From assembly GCF_036321535.1 (NCBI RefSeq), contig NC_087447.1, positions 13,640,001 through 13,704,000 on the forward strand: a stretch of 64,000 nt of DNA. The letters are read 5' to 3'. A model generated the notes under the pieces. It had not been told where the DNA came from, did no database searches, and worked only from the letters and a program-made list of their open reading frames with translations. Shown in pieces: positions 63,139 to 64,000 of this stretch. The stretch comes from Camelus dromedarius (taxonomy: Eukaryota). Both the position numbers and the translations under genes were made by a program. How positions within the stretch are numbered: the stretch's first letter is position 1; every line of letters begins with the position of its first letter.

Positions 63139-64000
63139 ACTCAAATGACTCACATTTCCCTTTCTCCGTGCCCACCTCCAAGAATAATGGTGGAAGCTTG
63201 GCAACTTTGTCCTTTCCCCCACTCCTCTCTCGTTTTTTAGCTTCTTTCTTATGCTTATTAGGGAGCCTGGTTCGTTTCAAAGGTTGCAGAATAACTGAGT
63301 TTGAGAAATTCTAGCACTTGTGGAGTGAAAGTCCACTCCACATTATGGTATAAAGCAAGATGGATATGACACCCTTGTTATGCGTTCAATATAGGCACAC
63401 TTCAGAAGTAAGAGAGACAGTAGAAGAACCTACATTTTAGAAAATACAGATCTCAGTTCAAATATGAGCTGTGTGGCCTAGGACAAGGACTAAACCTCTC
63501 TGAGCCTCAGTTTCCTAATGTATAAAATAGACATAAGACTATACTCGCGTTACTGTGCCCTTCCCTTACCTCCCCATCAGGCTCCTCTATGTATCCAGCT
63601 GATTCTCCTGCCATGTGCCAGTATTTCACACTCAGGATGCTTAGGCAAAGAGCAGAAGTTATAAGCGGGCATGTTTCGCCTCAAAGCAAAGATGGCTGTA
63701 TTAGAAATAGAAATATTTTTCACAAAAAATTAATTTCACAAATAATCTCTGTGAAATTTAGCTTTGAAAGTAAGTGCTCCCTGACTCTATAATTGCTTCT
63801 GATTTGGGGTGTCAGTGAGAGAGGGTGTCTCAGAAGATTTGTAAGGACCACTTAGCTTTCGTATTTTAAAAAAATTAGTTGTATTTTTCTTTCCAAGTTG
63901 TTGAATGCTAACAGAGAAAGATATATATTTGGTATAATCAAATTTCACTAAAAAGTTAAACTTTTAAAGTCTTTAGAATGGAGGAAAGAAAAGGAAATTA

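Noticed and set aside
1-64000. CRISPR arrays, rRNA, operon-like or prokaryotic systems, and the remaining 60-140 aa ORFs
   Set aside because: The DNA is mammalian, there are no regularly spaced repeat-spacer arrays, and the short ORFs lie in repeats or show no recognisable protein family.

Overview
Mammalian genomic DNA, almost certainly from a camelid (Vicugna/Lama/Camelus), judged by four Vic-1-type tRNA-derived SINEs and camelid-type L1 3' ends. The window is part of the family-4 olfactory receptor (OR) cluster that in human lies at 11p11.2 next to PTPRJ. It holds six single-coding-exon OR genes: OR4C45-like (+), then OR4C3, an OR4C3 paralog, OR4X2-like, OR4S1 and OR4X1 (all -). Two of them have N gaps over the MAYDRY region. 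Intergenic DNA is a mosaic of L1, L2, MIR, MER/Tigger DNA transposons, MaLR/MER21 LTRs, microsatellites and a 5.7-kb composite of two class I ERVs with two nested solo LTRs. The main unexplained structure is: (1) a possible spliced, signal-peptide-like N-terminal extension of the OR4C45-like receptor; (2) a gene-conversion-like tract between the two OR4C3 paralogs; (3) an old segmental duplication of the OR4X 3' flank, with an L1-bounded deletion that may explain the gene order; (4) Lhx2/Ebf composite motifs marking candidate OR promoters or an enhancer; (5) a possible decayed OR fossil present in both duplicated blocks. All alignments and counts were done by eye. Gene and repeat names come from recalled sequences, not database searches.
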